A stretch of DNA of 64,000 nucleotides. Source: Planctomycetaceae bacterium (lineage in GTDB: Bacteria > Planctomycetota > UBA8742 > UBA2392 > JABWBM01). The position numbers and the translations under genes are program-made. Each line of letters begins with the position of its first letter. Positions within the stretch are counted from its first letter, which is position 1. The stretch is from positions 42 to 64,041 of the forward strand of contig JABWBM010000011.1 of NCBI GenBank assembly GCA_013360495.1, given 5' to 3'. Positions 26,767 to 35,968 of this stretch are shown piece after piece. Below the pieces are notes generated by a model. It was not told the DNA's origin. It ran no database searches and saw only the letters and a program-made list of their open reading frames with translations.

Positions 26767-27643
26767 TTACTTATAGCGGTCGTAGCCGAGAAAATCGGTG
26801 TGGTAGACGTACCACTTGTCAAGCCGCCCATTGAGGAAGCGGTACTCCACGACAACGTAGAGGTCGCTGTCGTCGCGCCATGGAATGACGTGGTACCAAT
26901 ATTCGGTCTCGGCCTCTTTTTTGACGTAGCTGCGTTCAAGATTGAGCACGGAGTAAAAATCCGCGTGCGCCTGCGCGCGAAGCCATTCGGCCTCGATACG
27001 GTAATCGCTCAAGCTCGGGGCTGAAAACCCGGCGTAATCTTCATTTGGGGTATCGCGGTGTGACGATGCCGCCGCGGTCTTGTAGCGTTCAAGTTCCGCC
27101 TGCGCCTTTTTGTAAACAGTCGTGATTTCCGATTGGGCCATGCCCATCCTCAGTACGAGGTTGAGGCGGTAGGACAGGACGGCTTCGAGACGGTTCAAGC
27201 CCTTCTCTTCATCGCGTTGCTGGTCGGTAAAGCTGCCCCAGTTGAGCAGCACAGGTTCCTCGGCTTCCGCTGCATCGCCGAAATAACAGTAGATGTGCGT
27301 ACGCGCGATGCCGTTGTAGCAGGAGCCATACAGGTGATAGGCGTCGGAGTCCGACGACCACGCTTCGATGACGGGGTCAAGCGCGTCACGCGCCACGTCG
27401 AGAGTCATGCCGGTGCGAAGACGATCTTCCATGGCGAAACGAACGTCAATGCCGCCGCGCTTGATGAAAAGGTCTTTTTGTTCGGCGTCGGTGATGGCGT
27501 GGAATGCCTTCTGTTCGCGGCCGGTCATGACCTGCAAATAATTGGCCCAGATGGACGTTCCGGGCTTGTGTCCCTTCGGTGGAAGTACACGCGCTCAAAA
27601 CAAGCGATGCAGCAACAGACGATGCAATGAGTGCTCGGTTCAT
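26767..27643 (-). pseudogene. lipoprotein gene with frameshift just after the lipobox (or single-base sequencing error)
   Basis: ORF 27446..27643 encodes a signal peptide with lipobox (MNRALIASSVAASLVLSAC) and then degenerates into an Arg-rich tail. The protein-like body (26767..27537) continues in a different frame and has only a TTG as first start. Confidence 0.4.
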
Positions 27644-27815
27644 GGTGAACGCAGCAGACCAGATTCACTCAAGGGGTGGTTAGTATAGCGGCTTTTCGCG
27701 CGGATCGGCAAGCGACGCGTTGGCTCTGTCTTGAATCTGTCACAGGCCGGTGTGAGTGTTTTCCATAACGGAGCCTAAGAGAGGCACTACACCGGGAAGA
27801 GAACAGAGAACCGCC

Positions 27816-28394
27816 TTACCGCGGCCTCGGTCTTCCCCACTCTGCGGGAACGCCGGAACCCTGACCAGCCGAACCCTGGCCCATAGCCGCCGTTGAAACT
27901 TTGAGCACGAGCGCCTCGCAGTTCTGAAAGATTTTCATGCGCGGATCATCAGGGGATGAAGGGCGCGTCAGGATGGTGTGCTGGCCGTCGTATTCCACGG
28001 CGATCCATTTATAAGGTTTCGCGCGCAGGCCATCCGCGTATCGTACCGGGTCAGTAGCGCCGATGTTCGTGCCGCCGTTGGTGGAGAACATGCCGTAAAT
28101 CTTGAAAGCGTCAAGACAACCCAACATGAGTTCGTTGTCCATCATGGACACGCCGGCGAACGCACCGTCCTTGAAATCCGAATGCGAGACATTGGCATAC
28201 ATCAGCCTGATTGGCAGCGCGCCCTCGCGCTCCGCTTCAGGGGCGACGCCGGGATCGACCACATACCATATTCTCGAATCACGCAGCTTTGCGGGATCAA
28301 GGTTGCTGCTATTCTCTGGCCCCGTAGTGCTGCACGCGCACGTGAGCACCGGCAGGATCCCGAATAGAAATAATGGAAGGATTGATCGCATCAT
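27816..28394 (-). CDS. lipoprotein (hypothetical)
   Basis: Signal peptide with lipobox (LPVLTCAC). Confidence 0.45.
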   Translation of the reverse strand: MMRSILPLFLFGILPVLTCACSTTGPENSSNLDPAKLRDSRIWYVVDPGVAPEAEREGALPIRLMYANVSHSDFKDGAFAGVSMMDNELMLGCLDAFKIYGMFSTNGGTNIGATDPVRYADGLRAKPYKWIAVEYDGQHTILTRPSSPDDPRMKIFQNCEALVLKVSTAAMGQGSAGQGSGVPAEWGRPRPR

Positions 28395-28425
28395 GAGTGA
28401 TTTCGCGGGGAACGTTCAGGGGCTC

Positions 28426-29334
28426 TTAGAATATACCAACTTCGCACAGATGATCCGCGCCAAATCGTAGTTTCGAACTCGAGGCGTCATCGTCGATGGT
28501 CAAGACGCGCGCCATGTTGGTGGCAAGGTAGGGCTTGATGCGCTTGAAGTTCACTTCACCGAGTCCGGGCGCCTGCTCGCCTTGCGCGCCGACAGAATCG
28601 CTCAAGTATACACCAAACATGCGCGGTCCAAACCGGTCGAGCCATTGCTCTTCATTGGCGACGCCAAGGTTTTCCAAACAGCGCGCTGCGCTTGTGGAAT
28701 GCCAGTACCCCACGGCCTTAGGCGGAGCGTCCGACAGCAGATGCTCCATTTCCGTCGGCAGGCATACCCCAAGCGGCGACAAGGGCGTAAGAATCCCGAA
28801 ACGCAACCCTTCACACGCCTTTGTCAACTCAAAGATCGAGCGGCACAGTGCTGGCAATGCCTTATCGATCAGCGCCGCGCGCAGTTCCAATGCCTGTTTG
28901 ACCAGTTTTGCCGTGTCATCGCCTCCCTCTTCAAGGCTTGCCTCTATCGCGGGCCAGATGGCGCCGGGCGCGTCAACCACGCCGCCGTCAAGAACAACCG
29001 TCGCGACGCCGGAGCGGGACAGCCCCTGACAGACCGAAGTTACAAGCGCGACGCTCGAACTCCGCACGCGATCGTTGGGGCTCGCAAGCCTGATGAACGA
29101 CGGTGTGGCTGTATCCTTCCAATCGTTGGGACTCGCGGCGAGCCTCAGGCTTTGCACCTTGCTTCCAGCCGCCTGAATCTCGCGCACAATGCCGGATACA
29201 TCGACCTTGAGGCTGATGGCGAGATCGATGTTGGTAAAGCCCAACTCCTGACTGGTGCGTACCTTGGACAACAGCGTGCCGAGTTCTTCAGGCTTGACCT
29301 TGACGGTGATGGCTTTCATGTGGTGCCCCCGCAC
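28426..29334 (-). CDS. hypothetical protein (possible TIM-barrel sugar-phosphate isomerase/epimerase-like)
   Basis: Weak pattern resemblance only. Confidence 0.3.
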   Translation of the reverse strand: MRGHHMKAITVKVKPEELGTLLSKVRTSQELGFTNIDLAISLKVDVSGIVREIQAAGSKVQSLRLAASPNDWKDTATPSFIRLASPNDRVRSSSVALVTSVCQGLSRSGVATVVLDGGVVDAPGAIWPAIEASLEEGGDDTAKLVKQALELRAALIDKALPALCRSIFELTKACEGLRFGILTPLSPLGVCLPTEMEHLLSDAPPKAVGYWHSTSAARCLENLGVANEEQWLDRFGPRMFGVYLSDSVGAQGEQAPGLGEVNFKRIKPYLATNMARVLTIDDDASSSKLRFGADHLCEVGIF

Positions 29335-29432
29335 AGGACGGGACGTTCGAGTTCGGCTGTATTATAGGCTCTTTCGGGGCGCAAGCTCAACGTATTGTGC
29401 TCAAGGAAGTGAGAAGTATTCTGGAAAGGGAG

Positions 29433-29501
29433 GTAGCGTCACGGCCATGCCGTGACGTCTTCCGGCCGATTAAGACGTCACGCTATAAGCGTGACGCTAC
29501 A
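29433..29501. repeat. MITE-like element family C
   Basis: gtagcgtcacggccatgccgtgacgtcttc ... aagacgtcacgctataagcgtgacgctaca. Confidence 0.8.
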
Positions 29502-29547
29502 AGACTGACAGACCAGTCCGCGCGTATTGCGACATTCAGGGGGCATT

Positions 29548-30534
29548 GTGCGCATTTTTGTCACCGGCGGCGCCGGATTCATCGGGTCCCACCTCTGCCG
29601 CGCTGCTGTGGCGGAAGGGCATGCCGTTGATGTCATGGATAACCTGTCCACAGGAAGCCGCGACAACGTCGCCGATCTCATTCCAAACCCGATCTTTCAA
29701 TTGATCATCGCCGACGGTTCCGATCAGTCGCTTGTCAATTCGCTGGTGTCGAAGGCCGACGCTGTGGTTCACCTCGCTGCCGCTGTGGGCGTGCAACTCG
29801 TGATTGACGACCCCGTGCGCACGCTCGAAACCAACATTGACGTGACACAGGGCGTTCTCAAAGCCTGCCGCGATCTGGGAAAACGTGTATTGATCGCCTC
29901 ATCGAGCGAGGTGTATGGCCGCGGCTCGCAGGAATGGTTTCGCGAGACCGACGACCTCGTGATCGGCCCTCCCACGTCGCGGCGCTGGGGATACGCCGCG
30001 AGCAAGCTTGTGGATGAGTTCCTCGCGCTCGCCTATCACTATGAACATGAATTGCCCGTCACTGTGCTGCGTCTTTTCAACACCGTCGGGCCGGGGCAGG
30101 TTGGACACTACGGCATGGTTATTCCGCGCTTTGTGAGACGCGCGCTGCTTGGCGAGGCGATCACTGTCTACGGCGACGGTGAACAGCGCCGGACATTTAC
30201 CGGCGTCGATCAGGTGGTGAAAGCGATATTGCAGTTGATCGAATGCCGCGAGTCGATCGGCAAGATCGTCAATGTCGGTGGCACGGCTGAAACATCCATC
30301 AACGATCTCGCCAGCGCCGTGATCCGCGCGACAAAAAGTAAAAGCGTTATCGAACACATCCCCTACGAGAAAGCCTACGGAGAATCCTTCGAGGACATGC
30401 GCCGACGCAATCCGGACACGAAAGCGCTTAAGGATTTGTTGGGCTGGGCGCCGCACAGCGATCTCAACGCCATCCTTGGCCCGGTGATCGAAGACATGCG
30501 CAAGAGGCTCAAAAAAGAAGGAGTGCTGTCATAG
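29548..30534 (+). CDS. NAD-dependent epimerase/dehydratase (SDR, UDP-sugar 4-epimerase/decarboxylase-like)
   Basis: Rossmann VRIFVTGGAGFIGSHL and catalytic YxxxK (YAASKLV). GTG start at 29548. Confidence 0.8.
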   Translation: MRIFVTGGAGFIGSHLCRAAVAEGHAVDVMDNLSTGSRDNVADLIPNPIFQLIIADGSDQSLVNSLVSKADAVVHLAAAVGVQLVIDDPVRTLETNIDVTQGVLKACRDLGKRVLIASSSEVYGRGSQEWFRETDDLVIGPPTSRRWGYAASKLVDEFLALAYHYEHELPVTVLRLFNTVGPGQVGHYGMVIPRFVRRALLGEAITVYGDGEQRRTFTGVDQVVKAILQLIECRESIGKIVNVGGTAETSINDLASAVIRATKSKSVIEHIPYEKAYGESFEDMRRRNPDTKALKDLLGWAPHSDLNAILGPVIEDMRKRLKKEGVLS

Positions 30535-30557
30535 GCGCTCAAAGCACCAAACGAGTA

Positions 30558-31448
30558 CTGGTCACTGGCGGTGCGGGTTTCATCGGCGGCCACCTGGTGA
30601 GCGCGCTCGTTGCATCCGGCCACAAGGTGCGCGTGCTTGACGATCTCTCGGGCGGTTCGAAAGAAAATCTCGCCGGCATCGAGCACGACTTTCATCTCGG
30701 CGATGCCTGCTGCAACGTCACGGCAGAGAAAGCCTGCACCGGTATGGACGCCGTTGTTCATCTCGCCGCTAATCCGAGCGTGGCTGTGAGTCTCGAAAAC
30801 CCGCTCGAATGTTTTCGCGTCAACGCGCAGGCGACGCTCGTCATGCACGAAGCTGCCAAACGTTGTGGTGCCAAGCGTTTCGTGTTTGCGTCGAGCTGCG
30901 CGCTCTACGGACACAGTAAGCCACCGTTGAAGGAAGATACGGTGCTTGAGCCGCTTTCGCCTTACGCGGCGGCGAAGCTGGCATCGGAATCGTTTTTGCG
31001 CACGGCCCCAAAGGGCGGCATGTCGTGCGTCATTCTGCGGCTCTTCAATGTCTATGGCCCGCGTCAGAACCCCAAGGGACCATACGCGGCGGTGATTCCG
31101 GCGTTCAAGGAAGCGATAAAGAATGGCCAGTCTCCGGTCATCTACGGCGACGGCAAACAGACGCGCGATTTCGTTCACGTCGATGACGTCACACGCGCGA
31201 TCTTGAACGCTATCGAGCTTGACGCTTCAAAAGTTGATGCAAGCCCCATCAACATCGGCACGGGTGTTGAGACGAGCCTGCTCGACCTTCTCCGTATTTT
31301 GAACGTAGCCATGGGCCGGGAAGTCAAGCCAACCTTCGCGCCCGCCCGCGATGGCGACGTGCGCCACTCCTGCGCCGATATCGGGCGCGCAAAGAGCGTT
31401 CTCAACTGGCAGCCGCAAGCGGCGCTCGATAGTGGTCTCCACAAGTAA
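30558..31448 (+). CDS. NAD-dependent epimerase/dehydratase (second SDR paralogue), start codon non-canonical or uncertain
   Basis: The Rossmann motif KRVLVTGGAGFIGGHL is encoded at 30549-30596, upstream of the first canonical start (GTG at 30597). The open frame back to a TAA contains no ATG, GTG or TTG. CTG at 30558 is a candidate start. YAAAKL catalytic motif. Confidence 0.65.
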   Translation: MVTGGAGFIGGHLVSALVASGHKVRVLDDLSGGSKENLAGIEHDFHLGDACCNVTAEKACTGMDAVVHLAANPSVAVSLENPLECFRVNAQATLVMHEAAKRCGAKRFVFASSCALYGHSKPPLKEDTVLEPLSPYAAAKLASESFLRTAPKGGMSCVILRLFNVYGPRQNPKGPYAAVIPAFKEAIKNGQSPVIYGDGKQTRDFVHVDDVTRAILNAIELDASKVDASPINIGTGVETSLLDLLRILNVAMGREVKPTFAPARDGDVRHSCADIGRAKSVLNWQPQAALDSGLHK

Positions 31449-31505
31449 GGCGCTTCCGCGACAGTTCCGCCGGGTCGTTCATGGTTAGGCCGGAGCAGAT
31501 TGGCT

Positions 31506-32771
31506 TTAACGGCCAGAAAGTTCCGGAACTTCTGTTGGCGTGCCTTGGGCGGAACGAGCATGACGAGCCAGCGCGTTCGCCGCGCGGTGAATTCCAAACC
31601 ACCAGCGCCATAAAAGCCCGAGAGAGAGCCATGTGACGGCAGGAAAAATTCGCTCGAACACCTCGGGAAGATCGATCAGGCCGAATCGCTCCCAGCGTGA
31701 TAGAAAAGTCGACGTAAACATCAAGACGAGCGAGATGTAGAGATTCCAGTATCCATGCTCGACCTTGGAAACTGAGAGATATTTGAGCGAGAGAAGATGA
31801 AACCGCTGGCTCAGACGAAAAGCCGTGACCGCATACCAAATATGCGATACGAGCAGAAAGCCATATCCGATTCCCCAATATGCCGCCGTGTTTTCATGGG
31901 GCGTGAACGGCTTGTTGGGCAGGGGAATGCCGCCGGCAAGCAATAATGCAACACCGATGAGCGCGGGAATAAGCGTTCCCCATACGACTTTCGCCGCCGA
32001 TGGGTCGATAGCTTTACGGCCTGGATGTTCGTTATGAATGTTCCAGAGCCAGACAAAGCTGTACACGCCGAAGGTCGATACAAGGAGCAATACCGAGAGC
32101 CAGCCATTGCGAACAATCGGCGGCTTTGTTGGTTGTAACCAATCGTACTCCCGCTCCTTCTTTTCCGTAACCGGGAATGAAGAAGCAGGAGACAAGAATT
32201 TCTCGGCGCTCAACCGGGACTGGCGTTTGGGAGCGGTCTCTGCGGATGGGCGGACTTCTTCGACTTGTGGCGATTGATCAGTGGCAGCAGTGACCTTCGG
32301 GGCAATCTTTGCCTGTTCGGCCTTTTCCCGCCGCCTGACTTTCCGGTGCCACAAGTAGAGAAACCCGAGAACGGCCGTTGGAGCAGCTGACCACCACAAT
32401 GAATGCTCATGCGGCTTCCAGATCGTCACGACCACGCCGAAGATCAACAGTGGAAAGAGAAGCAATCGATACAGAAACACACCAAACCCGGCGAAGAGTT
32501 CGTATTCCATTTTCAGGAGAAATACGGCCTGAAACTTTGAAGTACGTACGAATGCCCACAACAACCAAAACCCCATTCGTAATGGCGTAAAGGCAAAAAA
32601 AGCAACTGCGATTGTCCAAAACAGATTTGGGTCAGTTTGTGGCAATGCAAGAATGAGCAAAACGACCAACGCGGGTCCCAGGAGAAGCTGAGAAACGATA
32701 ACGATCAATATGAATCTCTCCGGCAGTCCATAAGAACGCGGAGACGATTGGCTGACTTCCTGAAGAACCAT
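31506..32771 (-). CDS. polytopic membrane protein (hypothetical), Trp-rich, two TM blocks joined by a hydrophilic linker
   Basis: Hydropathy only. GC is lower than average. Confidence 0.45.
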   Translation of the reverse strand: MVLQEVSQSSPRSYGLPERFILIVIVSQLLLGPALVVLLILALPQTDPNLFWTIAVAFFAFTPLRMGFWLLWAFVRTSKFQAVFLLKMEYELFAGFGVFLYRLLLFPLLIFGVVVTIWKPHEHSLWWSAAPTAVLGFLYLWHRKVRRREKAEQAKIAPKVTAATDQSPQVEEVRPSAETAPKRQSRLSAEKFLSPASSFPVTEKKEREYDWLQPTKPPIVRNGWLSVLLLVSTFGVYSFVWLWNIHNEHPGRKAIDPSAAKVVWGTLIPALIGVALLLAGGIPLPNKPFTPHENTAAYWGIGYGFLLVSHIWYAVTAFRLSQRFHLLSLKYLSVSKVEHGYWNLYISLVLMFTSTFLSRWERFGLIDLPEVFERIFPAVTWLSLGLLWRWWFGIHRAANALARHARSAQGTPTEVPELSGR

Positions 32772-32774
32772 CCC

Positions 32775-33215
32775 CTAGCACCCCTGCATATCCATGATTT
32801 TGCCGACGCGCTTTTCGTGTTTGCCGCCCGCAAAGCTGGCGGCGAGGAAGGCGTCAAGGCATTCGCGCACAAGCTCAGGTCCCAATACCCGTGCGCCGAA
32901 GCACACGACGTTGGCATTGTTGTGCTCTCGCGCCATACGCGCCGAGAATGTATCCGACAGCAGCGCCGCGCGGATACCCTTCGCCTTGTTCGCAGCCATT
33001 GCCATGCCCTGTCCTGTGCCGCACAACAACACGCCAACCTGAGCGGCGCCTGCCTGCACGTCCTTCACCACGAGTTTCGCGTAGTCCGGGTAATCGACGG
33101 AATCCAGCGTCTTCACGCCGTGGTCTTTCACATCATGGCCGACCTTCCTGAGGTGTTCGGCCATTTGGTTTTTCAGTTCGAGCGCCGCATGATCGCAAGC
33201 AATGGCAATGTTCAT
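32775..33215 (-). CDS. rpiB: ribose-5-phosphate isomerase B
   Basis: MNIAIACDHAALELK...GVLLCGTGQGMAMAANK...ANVVCFGARV. Confidence 0.85.
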   Translation of the reverse strand: MNIAIACDHAALELKNQMAEHLRKVGHDVKDHGVKTLDSVDYPDYAKLVVKDVQAGAAQVGVLLCGTGQGMAMAANKAKGIRAALLSDTFSARMAREHNNANVVCFGARVLGPELVRECLDAFLAASFAGGKHEKRVGKIMDMQGC

Positions 33216-34330
33216 TGTTCCTCCTTGAAGAGTCCACATCCTGACGATAACAGGTGTTTCGCTATCAACTGTTCAACATGCGCGGCCATAGCGACGTAGG
33301 CGTCGGGCGCGCCACCCATGGGGTCGGTCACGTCAACGCGCGTTCGGATGACGCGCGTGCGCTTGCCGATCATACGGCTTTCCACCGCCCGTGTCACATC
33401 GTCGGCAAGCGGGAAAATCAGATCCGCGTTCTGAGCGAGATCGTCGTTGAAAATCTTTGGTTTATGCTGAGCCATCGCTTCGGCGCAGCCATAGCGGCGC
33501 GCGGCTGCCAGCATGAAATCGGGAACGACGTAATCTTCGCTGGCGGAAACGCCGGCGGAGGTCGAATGGTACGCCGGAACGTAATCCCACCCGTGGGAGG
33601 CGACGAATGACCGCTCTTCGTTCGCTATGACGTCTAACCGTGCGCGGGCGAACGCGCTACGGTTGACGTTGCCGATGCAGACGAAGAGCACGCGTTTGGT
33701 AAGTGCCGGGGAGAGGCTTTCCAGGAGCTCATTGTTCGCCCCCTTGACAGCGAATCCCGCGCGTAACACCGCGATCTCGATTCCTCTATCCGCGCCGCTC
33801 AGTGCCCCGAAATCAAGAATATGCTCGGGGAAGGAGCGGTATGTCCGCGCCACATCGGCGGAGCGGATCAGCAATTGGCCCGCCCTGTCGCGCGCTTCGA
33901 CCGCAAGCACGGGACACTTCGCGGCGATAATCAGACGGCTGATGGCTTCATCGCCACTGAACTGCACACGCAAGCCGCTTGGGAATTGCTCATGAGGAAG
34001 ACGGAGAACGAAGCGGTCGCGATCCTCGAGCGCGCGAATGCGTTCCGCGATACGATCGAGTGTCGGGAACACCCGCAAAAAGTGCTCTTCTGATGGAAGC
34101 AGCACCAGTGGTTCATCTTTGGTTTGTTGCACGAGTTCGTCGTGGGCCTCACGGATATCGGCGTTCGTGGCGAGGAGGTAACGCCCGCCTACCGGAAAGG
34201 CAACAATGCTCCCCTTCGTGAGCGCCTTTGCCGGATCCGCGAGTTCGGCATCCGTTACATGGCGAAGGTAGCGGCGGATCGCGCTAAACATCGCGGTCTC
34301 CGCTGGTCTTGCGCCGCTGCGATACCGCAA
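33212..34330 (-). CDS. YrdC/Sua5-like domain fused to low-molecular-weight protein-tyrosine/arginine phosphatase
   Basis: N-terminal GSIVAFPVGGRYLLA (compare YrdC AFPTDTVYGLA). The C-terminal half carries the LMW-PTP P-loop VLFVCIGNVNRS (C-x5-R) and a DP general-acid region. 4-bp overlap with rpiB. Confidence 0.55.
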   Translation of the reverse strand: MRYRSGARPAETAMFSAIRRYLRHVTDAELADPAKALTKGSIVAFPVGGRYLLATNADIREAHDELVQQTKDEPLVLLPSEEHFLRVFPTLDRIAERIRALEDRDRFVLRLPHEQFPSGLRVQFSGDEAISRLIIAAKCPVLAVEARDRAGQLLIRSADVARTYRSFPEHILDFGALSGADRGIEIAVLRAGFAVKGANNELLESLSPALTKRVLFVCIGNVNRSAFARARLDVIANEERSFVASHGWDYVPAYHSTSAGVSASEDYVVPDFMLAAARRYGCAEAMAQHKPKIFNDDLAQNADLIFPLADDVTRAVESRMIGKRTRVIRTRVDVTDPMGGAPDAYVAMAAHVEQLIAKHLLSSGCGLFKEEQ

Positions 34331-35369
34331 AACGGCGGCTCAATCGTCTGCGGTTCCTGATGATCGACCAAGGCACGCGCACGGGACCAGACGCCACGTA
34401 GATGAGTAGCATGCCGCTGACGATCAATTCAAATATGTCCAACGCCGACACCCAGATTCCCCCGAGGATGGCGAGCGTGAGTACGAAAAACCCGACCGAT
34501 CGTTTACCTGAGAGCAAACGATTGAAGACGTGAACGTAACGGATGCGGCTCACCATCAAGAGCGCCAGCGCAACCCCGGTGGCAGGAATAGCAACAGCCA
34601 TGGCGTCCACGGCGCCGAGCTGTCCCGTCGCTGGATCGCGAAAATGCCAACTGATAAGAAAGAGGCACATGCATGTGGCCGCGGCGCCCGGAGTTGGCAA
34701 TCCGCGGAAGCTCATGTGATCGTCGTCTTCATCGGCCGATTCGACGTTGAAGCGCGCGAGACGGATCAACGCGCACATCAGGTAGAGCGCGGAAACGAAC
34801 CAGAGCAAGCGGACAGGTGGGGCGGGCTCCGTGCCGATACCACTGCCGAAAATTGCCTCGCCGAAAATGCGAAGAAAAACGGCGGGCGTGACACCGAAGG
34901 TAATGGCGTCGCACAGGCTATCGAGTTCCTTGCCGAAGGCGCCTTCAGTTCCGGTGATGCGTGCGAGCTTGCCGTCCATCATGTCCAGAAAGGCGCCGAT
35001 ACCGACGTAGAATGCGGCATATAACATCGCCTCTGACGCGTGAGCCCGGTGGTCCGCGCCGAGCTGGAGGTACGTGTAAGCCTTGGCGAGCATGACAAGC
35101 GCGGCGAACCCCATCACGCCGTTGCCGAGAGTGATCAACGATGGAAACGCGGCGAGGTTGAGCACGCGCCGAATCGCCGGTCGGTTGTCTTTTGAAAGTT
35201 GCCCAAACTGCGGCTCCATGAGTCCATCATAGGCGAGGAGCGCATGGAGATGAAAGCTCAATTGTTTCAGCGCCAGGGTGGGGAGGGGGCGAAATGGCTC
35301 AACCTTCCAAAACTCAGACGTATGGCCCGGTTGCGCCGTAGTATCGTCTCGCATCATCGTGGCGTTCAA
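34284..35369 (-). CDS. CDP-alcohol phosphatidyltransferase-family protein (phosphatidylserine synthase-like) with extra C-terminal TM region
   Basis: D-G-x2-A-R-x8-G-x3-D-x3-D motif (DGKLARITGTEGAFGKELDSLCD). Confidence 0.7.
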   Translation of the reverse strand: MNATMMRDDTTAQPGHTSEFWKVEPFRPLPTLALKQLSFHLHALLAYDGLMEPQFGQLSKDNRPAIRRVLNLAAFPSLITLGNGVMGFAALVMLAKAYTYLQLGADHRAHASEAMLYAAFYVGIGAFLDMMDGKLARITGTEGAFGKELDSLCDAITFGVTPAVFLRIFGEAIFGSGIGTEPAPPVRLLWFVSALYLMCALIRLARFNVESADEDDDHMSFRGLPTPGAAATCMCLFLISWHFRDPATGQLGAVDAMAVAIPATGVALALLMVSRIRYVHVFNRLLSGKRSVGFFVLTLAILGGIWVSALDIFELIVSGMLLIYVASGPVRVPWSIIRNRRRLSRRFAVSQRRKTSGDRDV

Positions 35370-35400
35370 CTTCGTTTCACGCTAAACTTCAAACGGAAAG

Positions 35401-35808
35401 ATGAAACGGCCAGACACATCCATCAGCGAACGCGAGCGGCGTAGGGAGGATCGCGTCGCCGCCCGCTTCCCATTGGAATACTTCTTCATTCATGCCTCGG
35501 AGCAGCGCCATACGAAGCAATTCCGGCGAGGTCATACCCATAACGTCAGCCCCCATGGCGTCTTTTTCGAGGCCGATGTGGTAGATCCGTCGATCATTCC
35601 CCTCGCCATGCAGGGGGAGATTCAGATCGCCGTGCGCGTCACGGCCCCGGACTTGCGTACGATCGAAGGCACCACGCGCCTCGCTTGGGCGGAGCCGGTC
35701 AAGGCCGACGGGAAACACCGCTTCTTCGTCGGGGTCGAGTACCTCGACGTATCCGAAGGCGACGCCAAGTATCTCTACGATGCGGCCTGCGATCAGGCCG
35801 ACAGGTAA
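35401..35808 (+). CDS. PilZ-domain protein (putative c-di-GMP receptor)
   Basis: RRxxxR (RRREDR) and N-x-S-x-x-G (NVSPHG) motifs. Confidence 0.55.
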   Translation: MKRPDTSISERERRREDRVAARFPLEYFFIHASEQRHTKQFRRGHTHNVSPHGVFFEADVVDPSIIPLAMQGEIQIAVRVTAPDLRTIEGTTRLAWAEPVKADGKHRFFVGVEYLDVSEGDAKYLYDAACDQADR

Positions 35809-35841
35809 ACCCGCCTCATTGCGTGCAAAGTCCTCCCGAGC

Positions 35842-35921
35842 CGTCACACCGGCGGAAGCCGGTGTCCAGGAGCTATCAGAAAACATTCGTCGTGTCTGGA
35901 TTCCGGCTTACGCCGGAATGA
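35842..35921. repeat. MITE-like element family A (paired hairpins)
   Basis: gtcacaccggcggaagccggtgtccag ... ctggattccggcttacgccggaatgac. Confidence 0.85.
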
Positions 35922-35968
35922 CGGCCGTATCGCATTTTCGAGCGAAGAGTTGGTATAAGCCGCTCCCG

